This document shows, one piece after another, positions 51,337-61,298 of a stretch of DNA of 64,000 nt. Both the position numbers and the translations under genes were made by a program. Origin of the DNA: Myxococcota bacterium (GTDB lineage: Bacteria; Myxococcota_A; UBA9160; UBA6930); NCBI GenBank assembly GCA_965223415.1, contig OZ245002.1:3360001-3424000 (forward strand), written 5' to 3'. Numbering within the stretch: position 1 is the first letter of the stretch; each line of letters starts with the position of its first letter. The notes under the pieces are model-generated. The model was not told the origin of the DNA. It did no database searches and saw only the letters and a program-made list of their open reading frames with translations.

Positions 51337-52437
51337 GTGGGTCGACATCCGCTCATCGAGCGCGCCAATGACAAGCTGGTGCGTCAGGCCAAGGGCTTCC
51401 AGGAGGCCGCCGCCCAGCTGACCGGCGACATCCTGTTGGCGGAGTACGAACGCGAGCGGGACGCCGCGCCGAGTCGCGCCGAGGCCGGCAAGAAGTACCT
51501 AGTCGCGTACAACAGTCGGCTCGCATCCGAGCCGAAGGCGGGACGCGAGGGCGAGCACCTCTGCATCGCGCTGGCGCGGCGTCACAAGGACGGCGGGCCG
51601 CCGCTCCTCATGGCGGACGAGGAGGGGCACTTCGAGGCCCTGCATCCCCTCGTTCCAATGCGCAGTGCCCCGGCCGACAAGGCGGCGGGCGCGGACGACC
51701 CGAACTTCGGCCTGGACAAGATCGATCTCGTCGGTCGCGGTCCCGAGGATCGCCTGGTCGCCCTCTCGACCCGTTGGCTTCCGCCCGACGCCGGGCGCGT
51801 CGGCACCGGCGATACGCCGCTGCGTGCGCTGCTCCTCGCCCTCGCCCACGCTGCCGTCGCGGAGGCGAACGCCTCCGCCCTGACCGAGGAGCTCGGTGCC
51901 ACCACCGAGGGTCCCTTCGCCGAAGGCCACCCGATCGTGCTGCTCGCCGGCAGCCCCCGCTACTGGGAGCTGTGCCGCAAGCGCGCCGCCCAGCGCGGGG
52001 CCGCCTGGATCCGCGAGATGGAGCGGCTCGCGAAGGAGCTCGGCGAGCTCGGCCTGCGGGTCGAATACGTCTCCTTCAAGATGAAGGAGACCCCGCCCTG
52101 GGCCTATGACGACGGCTCCCCCGTCCTCCAGTGCGAGCCGCGCATGGTCGAGGCCTGGGAAGCGAGCGCCGGCCGGCTCAAGCCGAAGCCGAAGCCCCGG
52201 CCCAAGCGGGCGACGGCCCAGCCCGAGAATGAGGTGGTCGAGGCGGATCTCAGCCGGCCCATTCGCAGCTACAGCCTGAGCGAGCACTACGACCCGGGAG
52301 ATCGCATCCAGCATCCGACCCTCGGTCTCGGCGTGGTGCAGGGTGCGGCCGGCCCCCAGAAGATCCGCGTGCTCTTCGACGAGGAGCGCCGCAGCACCCT
52401 CGTCCACGATCGGCCGGCCCCCGCTGCCAGCGTTTGA
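51337..52437 (+). CDS. Hypothetical protein: degenerate PD-(D/E)xK-like domain plus C-terminal Tudor/SH3-like domain
   Basis: EHLCIAL...KIDLVG...RLVALSTR...GDTPLRALL; C-terminal GDRIQHPTLGLGVV...KIRVLF. Confidence 0.7.
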   Translation: MGRHPLIERANDKLVRQAKGFQEAAAQLTGDILLAEYERERDAAPSRAEAGKKYLVAYNSRLASEPKAGREGEHLCIALARRHKDGGPPLLMADEEGHFEALHPLVPMRSAPADKAAGADDPNFGLDKIDLVGRGPEDRLVALSTRWLPPDAGRVGTGDTPLRALLLALAHAAVAEANASALTEELGATTEGPFAEGHPIVLLAGSPRYWELCRKRAAQRGAAWIREMERLAKELGELGLRVEYVSFKMKETPPWAYDDGSPVLQCEPRMVEAWEASAGRLKPKPKPRPKRATAQPENEVVEADLSRPIRSYSLSEHYDPGDRIQHPTLGLGVVQGAAGPQKIRVLFDEERRSTLVHDRPAPAASV

Positions 52438-52444
52438 GGCCCTC

Positions 52445-53926
52445 GTGACGCGCTTCTTCCCGCGGACGGTCCTGCTCCTCGCGGCGGCGATGCTCCTCGC
52501 CTGCGCCACGAACCCGGTGACCGGCGAGCGCCAGGTGATCTTCATGTCGCCGGAGCGCGAGGCGGCCCTGGGCCGGCAGGAGGCGGCGAAGGTCGCCGAG
52601 CAGATCGGGCTGGTGGAGACGCCGGCCCTCTCCGCCTACGTCGCCGATCTCGGCGCGAGGCTGGCCAAGCACTCGCCGCGCACCGACGTCCAGTACCACT
52701 TCGCCGTGGCGGACATGGAGGCGCCGAACGCCTTCGCGCTCCCCGGCGGCTGGATCTACGTCAGTCGCGGCCTGCTCGCGATCTGCAACAGCGAGGACGA
52801 GCTCGCCGGCGTGATCGGCCACGAGATCGGCCACGTCGCGGCCCGCCACTCCGCCAGCCGGGAGAGCCGCTCCATCGGCGTCGGGCTGCTCACCCTGCTC
52901 GGCGTGCTCGCGGCCGGCGCCGCCGGCGGTGAGGGCGCCGCCCAGACCGTGGCCCAGCTCGGGCAGGTCGCCGGCGCCGGCTTGATCGCGACCTACGGCC
53001 GCGACCAGGAGCGCCAGGCGGATCGCGTCGGCCAGGAGCTGGCGGCCCGGGCCGGCTACGACCCGGCCGCCATCTCGAGCTTCCTCGGGACCCTGGGCCG
53101 GGAATCGGCCCTGCGTGCCGGCGGCAAGCACCGCCAGCCGAGCTTCTTCGACTCCCATCCCATGACCGACGAGCGCGTGCGCAACACCGAGGCCTTCGCT
53201 GCCAGCCTGGGCCGCGCGAACGTGCCGCCCATCGCACCGGACCGCCCGGCGTTCCTGGCCAGGCTCGCCGGCCTGCCGGTCGGCCCCGACCCCGCCCAGG
53301 GCGTGTTCCGCGACGAGCTCTTCCTGCATCCGGGCTTCGGCTTCGCGCTGCGCTTCCCCGAAGGCTGGCGCACCCAGAACGGCCGGAGCGCCGTGGTCGG
53401 CGTCTCTCCCGAGCAGGACCGAGCCGTCACCCTCGAGGGCGGGCCCGTCACCGAGGCCCCGGCCGACGCCGCCCGTGCCTTCGCCCGGGAGCAGGGCCTG
53501 ACCCTCGAGGACGGACGCCGACTCCAGATCGGCGGCCTCCCCGCCTACCGAGCCCTGGCGCGGGTCCAGGCCCGCGGTGGCTCCCGCATCGTCCTCCTCA
53601 CCTGGATTGCCCACCGCAAGGCCACCTTCCGCATCACCGGCATCGCCGGCGGCCAGGCCACGAACGCAACGCTCCGCGAGCTCGCCGCCGTCGGCGCAAG
53701 CTTCCGCCCCCTCACCCGCAAGGAACGCAGCAGCATCCACGAGCTCCGCCTCCGCGTCGTCAAGGCCCGTCGCGGCGAGACCCTGCGCACCCTCGGCCGC
53801 CGCACGAAGAACGCCTGGAGCGTGGCGGAGACCGCCGTCGCCAACGGCCTCCCGGAGGGCGGGAAGCTTCCGGCGGGGCGGCGGGTGAAGGTGACGCGGG
53901 CGGTTCCCTTCTCGGCTTCGCGGTAG
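52445..53926 (+). CDS. M48 family metalloprotease lipoprotein with C-terminal LysM-like region
   Basis: CATNPVTG, NAFALPGG, HEIGH, ERQAD and SHP motifs. Confidence 0.9.
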   Translation: MTRFFPRTVLLLAAAMLLACATNPVTGERQVIFMSPEREAALGRQEAAKVAEQIGLVETPALSAYVADLGARLAKHSPRTDVQYHFAVADMEAPNAFALPGGWIYVSRGLLAICNSEDELAGVIGHEIGHVAARHSASRESRSIGVGLLTLLGVLAAGAAGGEGAAQTVAQLGQVAGAGLIATYGRDQERQADRVGQELAARAGYDPAAISSFLGTLGRESALRAGGKHRQPSFFDSHPMTDERVRNTEAFAASLGRANVPPIAPDRPAFLARLAGLPVGPDPAQGVFRDELFLHPGFGFALRFPEGWRTQNGRSAVVGVSPEQDRAVTLEGGPVTEAPADAARAFAREQGLTLEDGRRLQIGGLPAYRALARVQARGGSRIVLLTWIAHRKATFRITGIAGGQATNATLRELAAVGASFRPLTRKERSSIHELRLRVVKARRGETLRTLGRRTKNAWSVAETAVANGLPEGGKLPAGRRVKVTRAVPFSASR

Positions 53927-53964
53927 GGGTTTCGCCGATCGCGTCGGGTTGGTGGTGCCGGCTT

Positions 53965-54634
53965 GGGTTGGGCTGGGACTGGGGCGGCCGTGGAGGTGCG
54001 GGCTGCCTTCTTGTCTGTGGGCGAGGAGGGGGCGCACCGGTTCGGGCGCGGGGCTTGGCCCCGCCCCGCTTCGAGACCGGATCGGCTTGGGGATCGGCCC
54101 CGCGTGCGGGCCCGCACCGGGCAGCCGGGCCGATCCTGGTCGAATGGTTGTTAGGTGTCGCCACGTAGAGAGAAGATCGCTGGATCATCTTCATGGCGCG
54201 ACGCCGATCCCCTTCGCAGATGGAGATCCACTTCCCCTCCTGGGGTGGGAAGCGCGACGGGGCGGGAAGGAAGCCGAACGGACAACGCAGGTGCGGAATG
54301 CCATCCGCTACGTGCTCCTGAACGCGCGGCGGCACCTGCGGCAAACGACCGGGGCCGTGCGGCTGGATCCGGCCTCCTCCGCCCGGTGGTTCGACGGCTG
54401 GAAGCGAGGGGCCTCCGAGCTGATCCGCGAGGCCCGGACCCGCCCGGGCGGCCCCCTCCTGGATCCGGCCGCCACCCCAGGTCGAGCCTGACCGAGCCTC
54501 CGATCCCCGAGCCGACCCCGCTTTCGAAGCAGGGCGGGCCCAAGCCCCGGGCCCGGCCCGGCGCGCCGTCCCCCAAGCCCACAGGCCAGGAGCAGCACCT
54601 CCACGGCCGCCTCCAGTCCAAAGCCGAGCCCAGG
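53965..54634. mobile_element. Non-autonomous element: internally deleted REP-associated tyrosine transposase relic inside long imperfect inverted repeats
   Basis: Arms ~53965-54097 and ~54500-54634 are reverse-complementary (e.g. GGCGGCCGTGGAGGTGC, GGGGCTTGG, GCTTCGA, GGGGATCGG); transposase fragments lie between them. Confidence 0.65.
54193..54491 (+). pseudogene. Y1/RAYT-type transposase pseudogene (N- and C-terminal pieces joined out of frame)
   Basis: MARRRSPSQMEIHFPSWGGKRDGAGRKP, then in another frame QVRNAIRYVLLNARRH...DPASSARWFDGW; HUH core missing. Confidence 0.7.
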
Positions 54635-54679
54635 CCTCGCGTCGCCGATCAAACGCGATCATTCGTCTTGCGGAAACTG

Positions 54680-55858
54680 CTACCCCGCCCGCGCAGACCC
54701 CGGCAGCAGCCGCGCCACGGCCAACGGCGCCACTCCCAGCCCGACCGCCGCTCCGATCGCCCACGCGAGGGTGGCGTGCTCGAGCAGGGCGCCGACCGTG
54801 ATCGCGACCGCGGCGAAGGCAAGGCGGCAGAGGAGGGACTCGATGGAGAGGACGGTGGCGCGGTGGCGGGGGTCGGGGATGCGGCGGTTGAGGACGGCGC
54901 GCATGGCGACGGGGTAGATGCCCAGGGCGATGCCCTGGATGCAGAAGAGGAGGCTCGCCGCTGGGGTGTGCACGGCGGCGAGGCCGACGAACATCGCGAG
55001 GAGGATGAGGGGGAGGAGGAGCAGGATGCGCTCGGCCGCCGCGCCGGCGGTCACCCGGTGGGATTGCCAGGCGGCGAGGCCGCCGGCCAGGTTGATCAGC
55101 GCGAGCAGCGCGCCCCAGCGATCGATGGGCACGCCGGCGTTCGTGAGGATCGGGTTGTAGAGGAGGATGATCGCGGCGCGGATCAGCACGAAGACGCCGA
55201 CGCTGATGGCGATCCAGCGGGCGACGCCGGGAACTCGGCGCACGTTGCGGAGCGCGGCGGTCGTGATGCCCCTGGCGCTCCGACTCGCGGGGCCGCGGCG
55301 CTCGTCCAGCATCAACGCCAGCACGACACCGACGGCCTGGAAGAAGCCGGTCACGACGACGGCGGCGGTCGGGTCGCCGTCCTCGAGCAGGAAGCGGTCG
55401 GCGAGGGGGAGGCCCACGGCGGTGCTGATCAGCCAGGCAGCCTGGCCGGCGCCCTCGATGCGCGGGTAGTGCTGCTCGCGCCCCTCGGCGGCGAGCCGGT
55501 CGTAGAGGAGCGCGGAGTCGGCGCCGCTGACGGTGGCGGTTCCGACCGCCAGGAGGATCTCGCCCACGGCGAAGGCGGCGAAGCCGTGGGCGACGGCGAG
55601 CACGGCGAAGGCCACGACGTTCGCGACGGCACCGGCCACGAGCAGGGGCTTGCGGCCGAAGCGGTCGGCCAGGACGCCCGAAGGGACCTCGAGCACGACG
55701 ACGCCCAGGTAGAAGATCCCGCTGATCCACCCGAACTCGGTCGGGCTCAGGCCGCGCACCGACGTCGCGAAGTGGAAGAACCAGGGCGCGCTCAGCATGA
55801 AGCGCGTGCAGGCCCGGAAGGCCACGAAGACCGCGTCGCTTCGCCTCGCCGAGTCCAT
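54680..55858 (-). CDS. MFS transporter
   Basis: LEVPSGVLADRFGRK, SGADSALLYD and RATVLS motifs. Confidence 0.9.
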   Translation of the reverse strand: MDSARRSDAVFVAFRACTRFMLSAPWFFHFATSVRGLSPTEFGWISGIFYLGVVVLEVPSGVLADRFGRKPLLVAGAVANVVAFAVLAVAHGFAAFAVGEILLAVGTATVSGADSALLYDRLAAEGREQHYPRIEGAGQAAWLISTAVGLPLADRFLLEDGDPTAAVVVTGFFQAVGVVLALMLDERRGPASRSARGITTAALRNVRRVPGVARWIAISVGVFVLIRAAIILLYNPILTNAGVPIDRWGALLALINLAGGLAAWQSHRVTAGAAAERILLLLPLILLAMFVGLAAVHTPAASLLFCIQGIALGIYPVAMRAVLNRRIPDPRHRATVLSIESLLCRLAFAAVAITVGALLEHATLAWAIGAAVGLGVAPLAVARLLPGSARAG

Positions 55859-55901
55859 GGCTGCTCCCTACCCTAGCTGGACCGAGGTGAGCCATCGGCC
55901 C

Positions 55902-56528
55902 ATGCGAACGTCCGCCCTCCACAGGCGAGCCACGACCGTCGGCGCCGCCGTCCTGGTCGGCCTCTCGCTCCTCTTCCTGGGGAAGGCCTGCGTTGCCTGG
56001 CCGCCCCGGGACATCGACGACCTGTGCGCGATGTTCGAGCGGCGGGAGAGCTGGCGGGAGGCCACCGCCCGGAGCCGGGATCGCTGGGGCGTGCCCGAGC
56101 CGATCCAGCTGGCGATCCTGCATCAGGAGTCGCGCTTCCGTCCCGACGCGCGGCCGGGCTGGCGCAGGGTGCTGTGGATCATCCCCGTCGGTCGCCTCTC
56201 CTCCGCCTACGGCTACGGCCAGGTGAAGGACGGGACCTGGTCGGACTACGTGCGGAAGACGGGCAACGACGGGGCCAGGCGCACCTCGTTCTCCGACGTG
56301 GCGGACTTCATCGGCTGGTACGGCGACGTGATCCACCGGGCCGCGGACGTGCCGAAGAACGACGCCTATCATCTCTACCTCGCCTATCATGAGGGCCCCG
56401 CCGGATTCCGGCGCGGCAGCCACCACGACAAGCCTTGGCTACTCGGTGTGGCCCGCAAGGTCGAGGCGCGCGCCGGTCTCTACGCCGCACAGCACGCAAC
56501 CTGCGGCGGGCCGGCTCTCACGCGTTAG
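55902..56528 (+). CDS. Transglycosylase SLT-like domain protein
   Basis: AILHQESRF, SSAYGYGQ and YLAYHEG motifs; N-terminal anchor. Confidence 0.85.
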   Translation: MRTSALHRRATTVGAAVLVGLSLLFLGKACVAWPPRDIDDLCAMFERRESWREATARSRDRWGVPEPIQLAILHQESRFRPDARPGWRRVLWIIPVGRLSSAYGYGQVKDGTWSDYVRKTGNDGARRTSFSDVADFIGWYGDVIHRAADVPKNDAYHLYLAYHEGPAGFRRGSHHDKPWLLGVARKVEARAGLYAAQHATCGGPALTR

Positions 56529-56552
56529 TCAGACGCGGAGCACGCGGTCCCG

Positions 56553-57764
56553 TCAGACGCGGAAGCGCCGGAGCTCGGGCAGTGCCCCCGCCGTGATGCC
56601 CACGGTCGCGAGGCAGGCCGCTCCGCCGAAGAGCACCGAAAAGACCGCACTGGTCAGGGCGGCCAGGAGGCCGGACTCCGCCCGCCCCAGCTCGTTGGAC
56701 GCGCCGATGAACACCATGTTCACGGCGCTCACCCGGCCGCGGAGGGCGTCCGGCGTGGAGAGCTGGATGATCGTCGTGCGCAGCACCATCGACACCTGGT
56801 CGGCCGCGCCGGAGAGGAAGAGGGCGGCGAAGGAGAGCGCGAAGGAGGTGGAGACGGCGAACAGCAGGGTGGCCAGGCCGAAGATCGCGACCGCAGCCAG
56901 GAGGGCGTGCCCGACCCTGCGGATGGGCGGCAGGAAGAGCAACAGCAGGGCCATGGTGAAGGTGCCGACCTGGACGGCGGCGGAGAGCAGTCCGTAGCCC
57001 TCGGGTCCGGCGCCCAGGATGTCCTTGGCGAAGACCGGCAGGAGCGCCTCGACTCCGGCGAAGATCACGGCGAACAGGTCGAGGGCCATGCAGCCGACCA
57101 CGGGCTGGCGGCGCAGCACGAAGGAGAGGCCCTCGCGCACTGCGGCCCAGCTGACGGTCTGGTCCGGGGCGGCGTGCACGCGCCGCCCCATGGCGGCGAG
57201 GGCCACGACGCTCGCGAGCATCAGCCCGGCCTGGAGCGCGTAGGCCGCGGCCGCCCCTCCGCCGGCGATCACGAAGCCCGCGACGACCGGTCCGCTCGCC
57301 CAGGCGGCGTTGCGGGTGGCAGCCACGACCGCGACGGCGGACGGGAACTGCTCACGTTCGACCAGGTTCGGCAGCAGGGCCGACGACGCGGGGTTCTCGA
57401 AGGCGTCTGCCACGGCGCCCAGCAAGGCGAGGGCGAAGAGCGGGAGCACGCCGCCGACCGGCGCCACGGCGAACGCCGCCAGCCCGAGGGCGAACACCGC
57501 CGCCGCACCCTGGGCGCGCTGGACGATGCCCACCCGCTCCCGGGCGTCGGCGATCGCGCCGGCCCACAGGCCGATCGGGAGCACGGGGAGGAACTGGACC
57601 AGGCCGAGCAGACCCAGCAGCAGGGTCGAGTCCCGGAGCTCATAGAGGTGCCAGGCGAGGGTCGCCGCGAGCCCGGTCTGGGAGATCCCTCGCAGGAAGC
57701 GGCTCACCAGGAAGGCCCGGAGCGCCCGGGATTCGAGGACCACGAGCGTCGGGTGGCGGGCCAT
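56553..57764 (-). CDS. MFS transporter (MFS_3/EntS-like)
   Basis: LGLLGLVQFLP, LDLFAV and TPDALRGRVSAVN motifs. Confidence 0.9.
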   Translation of the reverse strand: MARHPTLVVLESRALRAFLVSRFLRGISQTGLAATLAWHLYELRDSTLLLGLLGLVQFLPVLPIGLWAGAIADARERVGIVQRAQGAAAVFALGLAAFAVAPVGGVLPLFALALLGAVADAFENPASSALLPNLVEREQFPSAVAVVAATRNAAWASGPVVAGFVIAGGGAAAAYALQAGLMLASVVALAAMGRRVHAAPDQTVSWAAVREGLSFVLRRQPVVGCMALDLFAVIFAGVEALLPVFAKDILGAGPEGYGLLSAAVQVGTFTMALLLLFLPPIRRVGHALLAAVAIFGLATLLFAVSTSFALSFAALFLSGAADQVSMVLRTTIIQLSTPDALRGRVSAVNMVFIGASNELGRAESGLLAALTSAVFSVLFGGAACLATVGITAGALPELRRFRV

Positions 57765-57868
57765 GGCCGGCTCAAGGTAGGGCGGACCGGCCATCGGCGT
57801 TCGTGGGTCGATAACCCCTCATTCGACGGGGCTCAGTGAGGTGCGGGATTCGGCCGAAACGTCTCTGG

Positions 57869-59260
57869 ATGCTGAGGGATCACTCCCGCGAGCTGGATCT
57901 GCTGCTGCAGGGGACGGACCTCCTGATGGCGGCGGGGGTGTTCGTGGGCCTGGTCTCCCTGGCGGGGGCCGGCGAGGGCTCGGGCCTGGCGCTGCTGCCG
58001 CTGGGGCTGGTGGCCTCCCTGGTGTGGCCGGTCACGCTGCGCGCCCGGGACCTCTACGCTTCCCAGCGGCGCGAGAGCCTGGACGGAATGCTTCGTGGCC
58101 TGGCGTTGGCTGCGGCCATCGCGATCCTGGCGGAGAGCACGGCGGCCTTTCTCACCCGGGCGCCGGTGCCCCGTTGGCTGCCGATCGCCTGTGGGATGCT
58201 GCAGCTGGTGGGCATCGCCGGCCTGCGGCTGGCGGTGCATGCGCTGCTCCGATCCCTGCGTCTGCGCGGGCGCAACTCGCGCAACGTCCTGATCGCCGGC
58301 AGCGGGCCCCGTGCCGCCTACGTCGAGGAGGTGATCACCCGCCATCCGGGCTGGGGGCTCTCGGTGATCGGCTTCATCGATCAACCGGAGGGCGGGCACA
58401 CGGCGGCCGTTCCCGATGAGCGGGTCTTCGAGCTGGAGCACATGGCCGAGCTGCTCCGCGACCAGGTCATCGACGAGGTGGTGGTCGCCTGCCCTCGCTC
58501 GAAGCTCGACCAGTTCCTCCCGGTCGTCGATCGGGCGACCGCCGCTGGCGTGCCCATCACCCTGCTTTCCGACATCTTCGGCGACCTGCTCCCGACGCCC
58601 CGGATCAAGCGCTTCGGCGCCCTGCCGGCCCTCTCCTTCGCGCCGGTCCATCACAACGTGGTGGGCCTCGCGCTGAAGCGGGCGCTCGACGTGGCCGGCG
58701 CGCTGCTGGGCCTCGTCCTGGCCGCTCCCATCCTCACGGCGGCCGCTCTGGCGATCAAGCTCACCTCGCCCGGGCCCATCCTGTTTCGCCAGGTGCGCTG
58801 CTCCCTGAACGGCCGCCACTTCGTGATGCCGAAGCTCCGTACCATGCAATCGGGCTCCGACGCCCGGAAGGGCGAGCTGGACGGGCTCAACGAGATGGAC
58901 GGCCCGGTCTTCAAGATCCGGGAGGACCCCCGCATCACGCCGGTGGGTCGCTTCCTGCGTCGCTACAGTCTCGACGAGCTGCCCCAGCTCTGGAGCGTGC
59001 TGAAGGGCGACATGAGCCTGGTCGGACCGCGCCCGCCGGTGCCCACGGAGGTGGCCTCCTACAAGACCTTCGAGCGCCGGCGCCTCTCGATGCGCCCCGG
59101 TCTCACCTGTCTCTGGCAGGTGAACGGGCGCAACGAGATCGGGTTCGAAGACTGGGTACGCCTCGATCTGGAGTACATCGACACCTGGTCGCTGGCCGGC
59201 GACCTTCGCATCCTCGCCCGCACCGTGCCCGCTGTCCTGAGCGGCCACGGCGCCAGCTGA
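57869..59260 (+). CDS. Polyprenyl glycosylphosphotransferase (priming sugar transferase, WcaJ/WbaP type)
   Basis: KRALD, KLRTM, DPRIT, SLDELPQL and GDMSLVGPRP motifs. Confidence 0.92.
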   Translation: MLRDHSRELDLLLQGTDLLMAAGVFVGLVSLAGAGEGSGLALLPLGLVASLVWPVTLRARDLYASQRRESLDGMLRGLALAAAIAILAESTAAFLTRAPVPRWLPIACGMLQLVGIAGLRLAVHALLRSLRLRGRNSRNVLIAGSGPRAAYVEEVITRHPGWGLSVIGFIDQPEGGHTAAVPDERVFELEHMAELLRDQVIDEVVVACPRSKLDQFLPVVDRATAAGVPITLLSDIFGDLLPTPRIKRFGALPALSFAPVHHNVVGLALKRALDVAGALLGLVLAAPILTAAALAIKLTSPGPILFRQVRCSLNGRHFVMPKLRTMQSGSDARKGELDGLNEMDGPVFKIREDPRITPVGRFLRRYSLDELPQLWSVLKGDMSLVGPRPPVPTEVASYKTFERRRLSMRPGLTCLWQVNGRNEIGFEDWVRLDLEYIDTWSLAGDLRILARTVPAVLSGHGAS

Positions 59261-59269
59261 GCGCCGACC

Positions 59270-60406
59270 ATGAGCCCCCGCAGACGCCGCTACGAGCTTC
59301 GCGATCCCGATCTGAACGATCAGCTCGAGGCGCTGGTCGGCGCTGCGCTGGAGCACTATGGCGAGCGGCCGGATGCCGACCAGCTGCGGCAGGTGCTGGT
59401 GACGGCGCTCCGCCTGGCCAAGGAATCCTCGAGCGGCGACCTCAAGCTCGTGAACAACGCGCTGAAGGAGCTGCGCCACGCCTTCCGTGTCTTCGCGCCC
59501 TACGCGGAGGTGCCGAAGGTCGCGGTCTTCGGGAGCGCCCGTACCCGGCACGACCATCCGGACTGGGCACAGGCCCACGCCTTCGCCGAGCGGATGGTCG
59601 AAGCGGGCTGGATGGTCATCACCGGCGCAGGCGACGGCATCATGGGGGCGGCCCAGGGCGGTGCCGGCCGCGAGGCGAGCTTCGGCGTCAACATCCGCCT
59701 GCCCTTCGAGCAGAGCGCCAACGCGGTGATCGAGGGCGACCGCAAGCTCGTGAACTTCCGCTACTTCTTCACCCGCAAGGTCACCTTCGTGAAGGAGAGC
59801 CACGCGCTGGCGCTCTTCCCCGGCGGCTTCGGCACCCACGACGAGGGCTTCGAGGCCCTGACCCTGATCCAGACCGGCAAGAGCAGCGTGGTGCCGGTGG
59901 TCTTCGTGGACGAGCCCGGCGGCAGCTACTGGCGCGACTGGCACGAGTACGTGAAGACGCACCTGCACGCCCGCCAGCTGATCAGCGACGAGGACCTGGC
60001 CCTCTACCGCGTGACCGACGACCAGGACGAGGCCGTCCGCGAGATCCTGCACTTCTACCGCAACTACCACTCGAGCCGGTGGGTCGGCGATCGACTCGTG
60101 CTCCGGCTGGCCCAGACGCCGGACGACGCCCAATGCGCAGCGTTGGCCGACGAGTTCGACGATCTCCTGGAGGGCGAGCCCGAGGTGCGGGCGGCGCTCC
60201 CCGAGGAGAAGGACGATGCACCGGACCTGCCGCGCCTGGTCGTCCGCTTCGATCGCCGCCGGGTGGGCCGCCTCCGCCAGCTGATCGACCGCCTGAACGA
60301 CCTGCCCTCCGAGCGGGGGCCCTGGCACGAGACCCTCCCGCCGGAGATCGTCGGCCGGGAGCTCTCCGCCGAGGCGGAGGAGGCGGAGGAAGAGGACGAG
60401 GCGTGA
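59270..60406 (+). CDS. LOG family protein (long form)
   Basis: FGSART, ITGAGDGIM, FFTRK and PGGFGTHDE motifs. Confidence 0.9.
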   Translation: MSPRRRRYELRDPDLNDQLEALVGAALEHYGERPDADQLRQVLVTALRLAKESSSGDLKLVNNALKELRHAFRVFAPYAEVPKVAVFGSARTRHDHPDWAQAHAFAERMVEAGWMVITGAGDGIMGAAQGGAGREASFGVNIRLPFEQSANAVIEGDRKLVNFRYFFTRKVTFVKESHALALFPGGFGTHDEGFEALTLIQTGKSSVVPVVFVDEPGGSYWRDWHEYVKTHLHARQLISDEDLALYRVTDDQDEAVREILHFYRNYHSSRWVGDRLVLRLAQTPDDAQCAALADEFDDLLEGEPEVRAALPEEKDDAPDLPRLVVRFDRRRVGRLRQLIDRLNDLPSERGPWHETLPPEIVGRELSAEAEEAEEEDEA

Positions 60407-60435
60407 CCTGCCCTCGGCGCGGGCATCCCAGGCGC

Positions 60436-61176
60436 ATGAGAAGTGTGCTCGTGTCGATCGTCGCCCTGCTGGCCTGCGCGGCTTCCCCGGCCGGCGGGGA
60501 CCCCTGGCCTCTCTGGGGGACGCTCCTGGAGCGGCACACGGTGGAGACCGCGGACCTGGCGCAGACCCGGGTCGACTACGAGGCGCTGCGCGCCGAGCCG
60601 GACTGGCCGCGGCTGCTCGCCGCCGTCGCCGAGTCCGATCCGGCGGCCCTTCGCGAACCGGCCGAGCGGCTGGCCTACTGGATCAACGTCTACAACGTCT
60701 TCGCCGTCGACGTGGTGGTGCAGGGCCGTCCGGCCGAGAGCATCCGCGACCTCGGCTCCTTCCTCCGGCCCGTCTGGAAGCGGCCCGCCGGGACGATTGG
60801 CGGCCGCGTCTACACCCTCGACGAGATCGAGCACGGGATCCTGCGGCCCCTGGGCGATCCGCGCATCCATGGCGCGATCGTGTGCGCCTCGCTCTCGTGT
60901 CCCCCGCTCGCGCGGGCGCCGTACCGGGTGGAGACCCTCGATGCCCAGCTCGAGGGGAACCTCCGGCGCTGGCTCGCCCACCCGGACAAGGGGGCCCGTT
61001 TCGACGGTGCCTCCGGCACGCTTCACCTCTCCAGCATCTTCGACTGGTTCGAGGACGACTTCGACGACCAGGGCGGTGTGCTGGCCTTCGTGAGGCGCTA
61101 CGCCAGGTTCGGGCGCGACCCGGACCGGATCGCCTACCTCGACTACGACTGGCGGCTCAACCGGGTCGCTCCGTAG
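60436..61176 (+). CDS. DUF547 domain exported protein
   Basis: LAYWINVYN, LDEIEHGILR, DPRIHGAIVCASLSCPPL and YDWRLN motifs. Confidence 0.9.
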   Translation: MRSVLVSIVALLACAASPAGGDPWPLWGTLLERHTVETADLAQTRVDYEALRAEPDWPRLLAAVAESDPAALREPAERLAYWINVYNVFAVDVVVQGRPAESIRDLGSFLRPVWKRPAGTIGGRVYTLDEIEHGILRPLGDPRIHGAIVCASLSCPPLARAPYRVETLDAQLEGNLRRWLAHPDKGARFDGASGTLHLSSIFDWFEDDFDDQGGVLAFVRRYARFGRDPDRIAYLDYDWRLNRVAP

Positions 61177-61248
61177 CGACGTCGCAACGCCCGCGTTGCA
61201 GTCCTGCATCGCGGCACACGGCTCTCCCCGTCAGCCGGAGCGAGAGCG

Positions 61249-61264
61249 TGGCACGCGGTCTGCA
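61249..61264 (+). promoter_or_regulatory. Sigma-54 (-24/-12) promoter
   Basis: TGGCACG-CGGT-CTGCA with correct GG-N10-GC spacing, about 35 bp before the GST start. Confidence 0.6.
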
Positions 61265-61298
61265 GTCCCATCGGACAATGCGCCCGCGGAGGAAAGTC

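Noticed and set aside
53949..54491. 180-aa ORF as an intact gene
   Set aside because: Its N-terminal half translates the inverted-repeat arm; only the last ~65 codons resemble transposase
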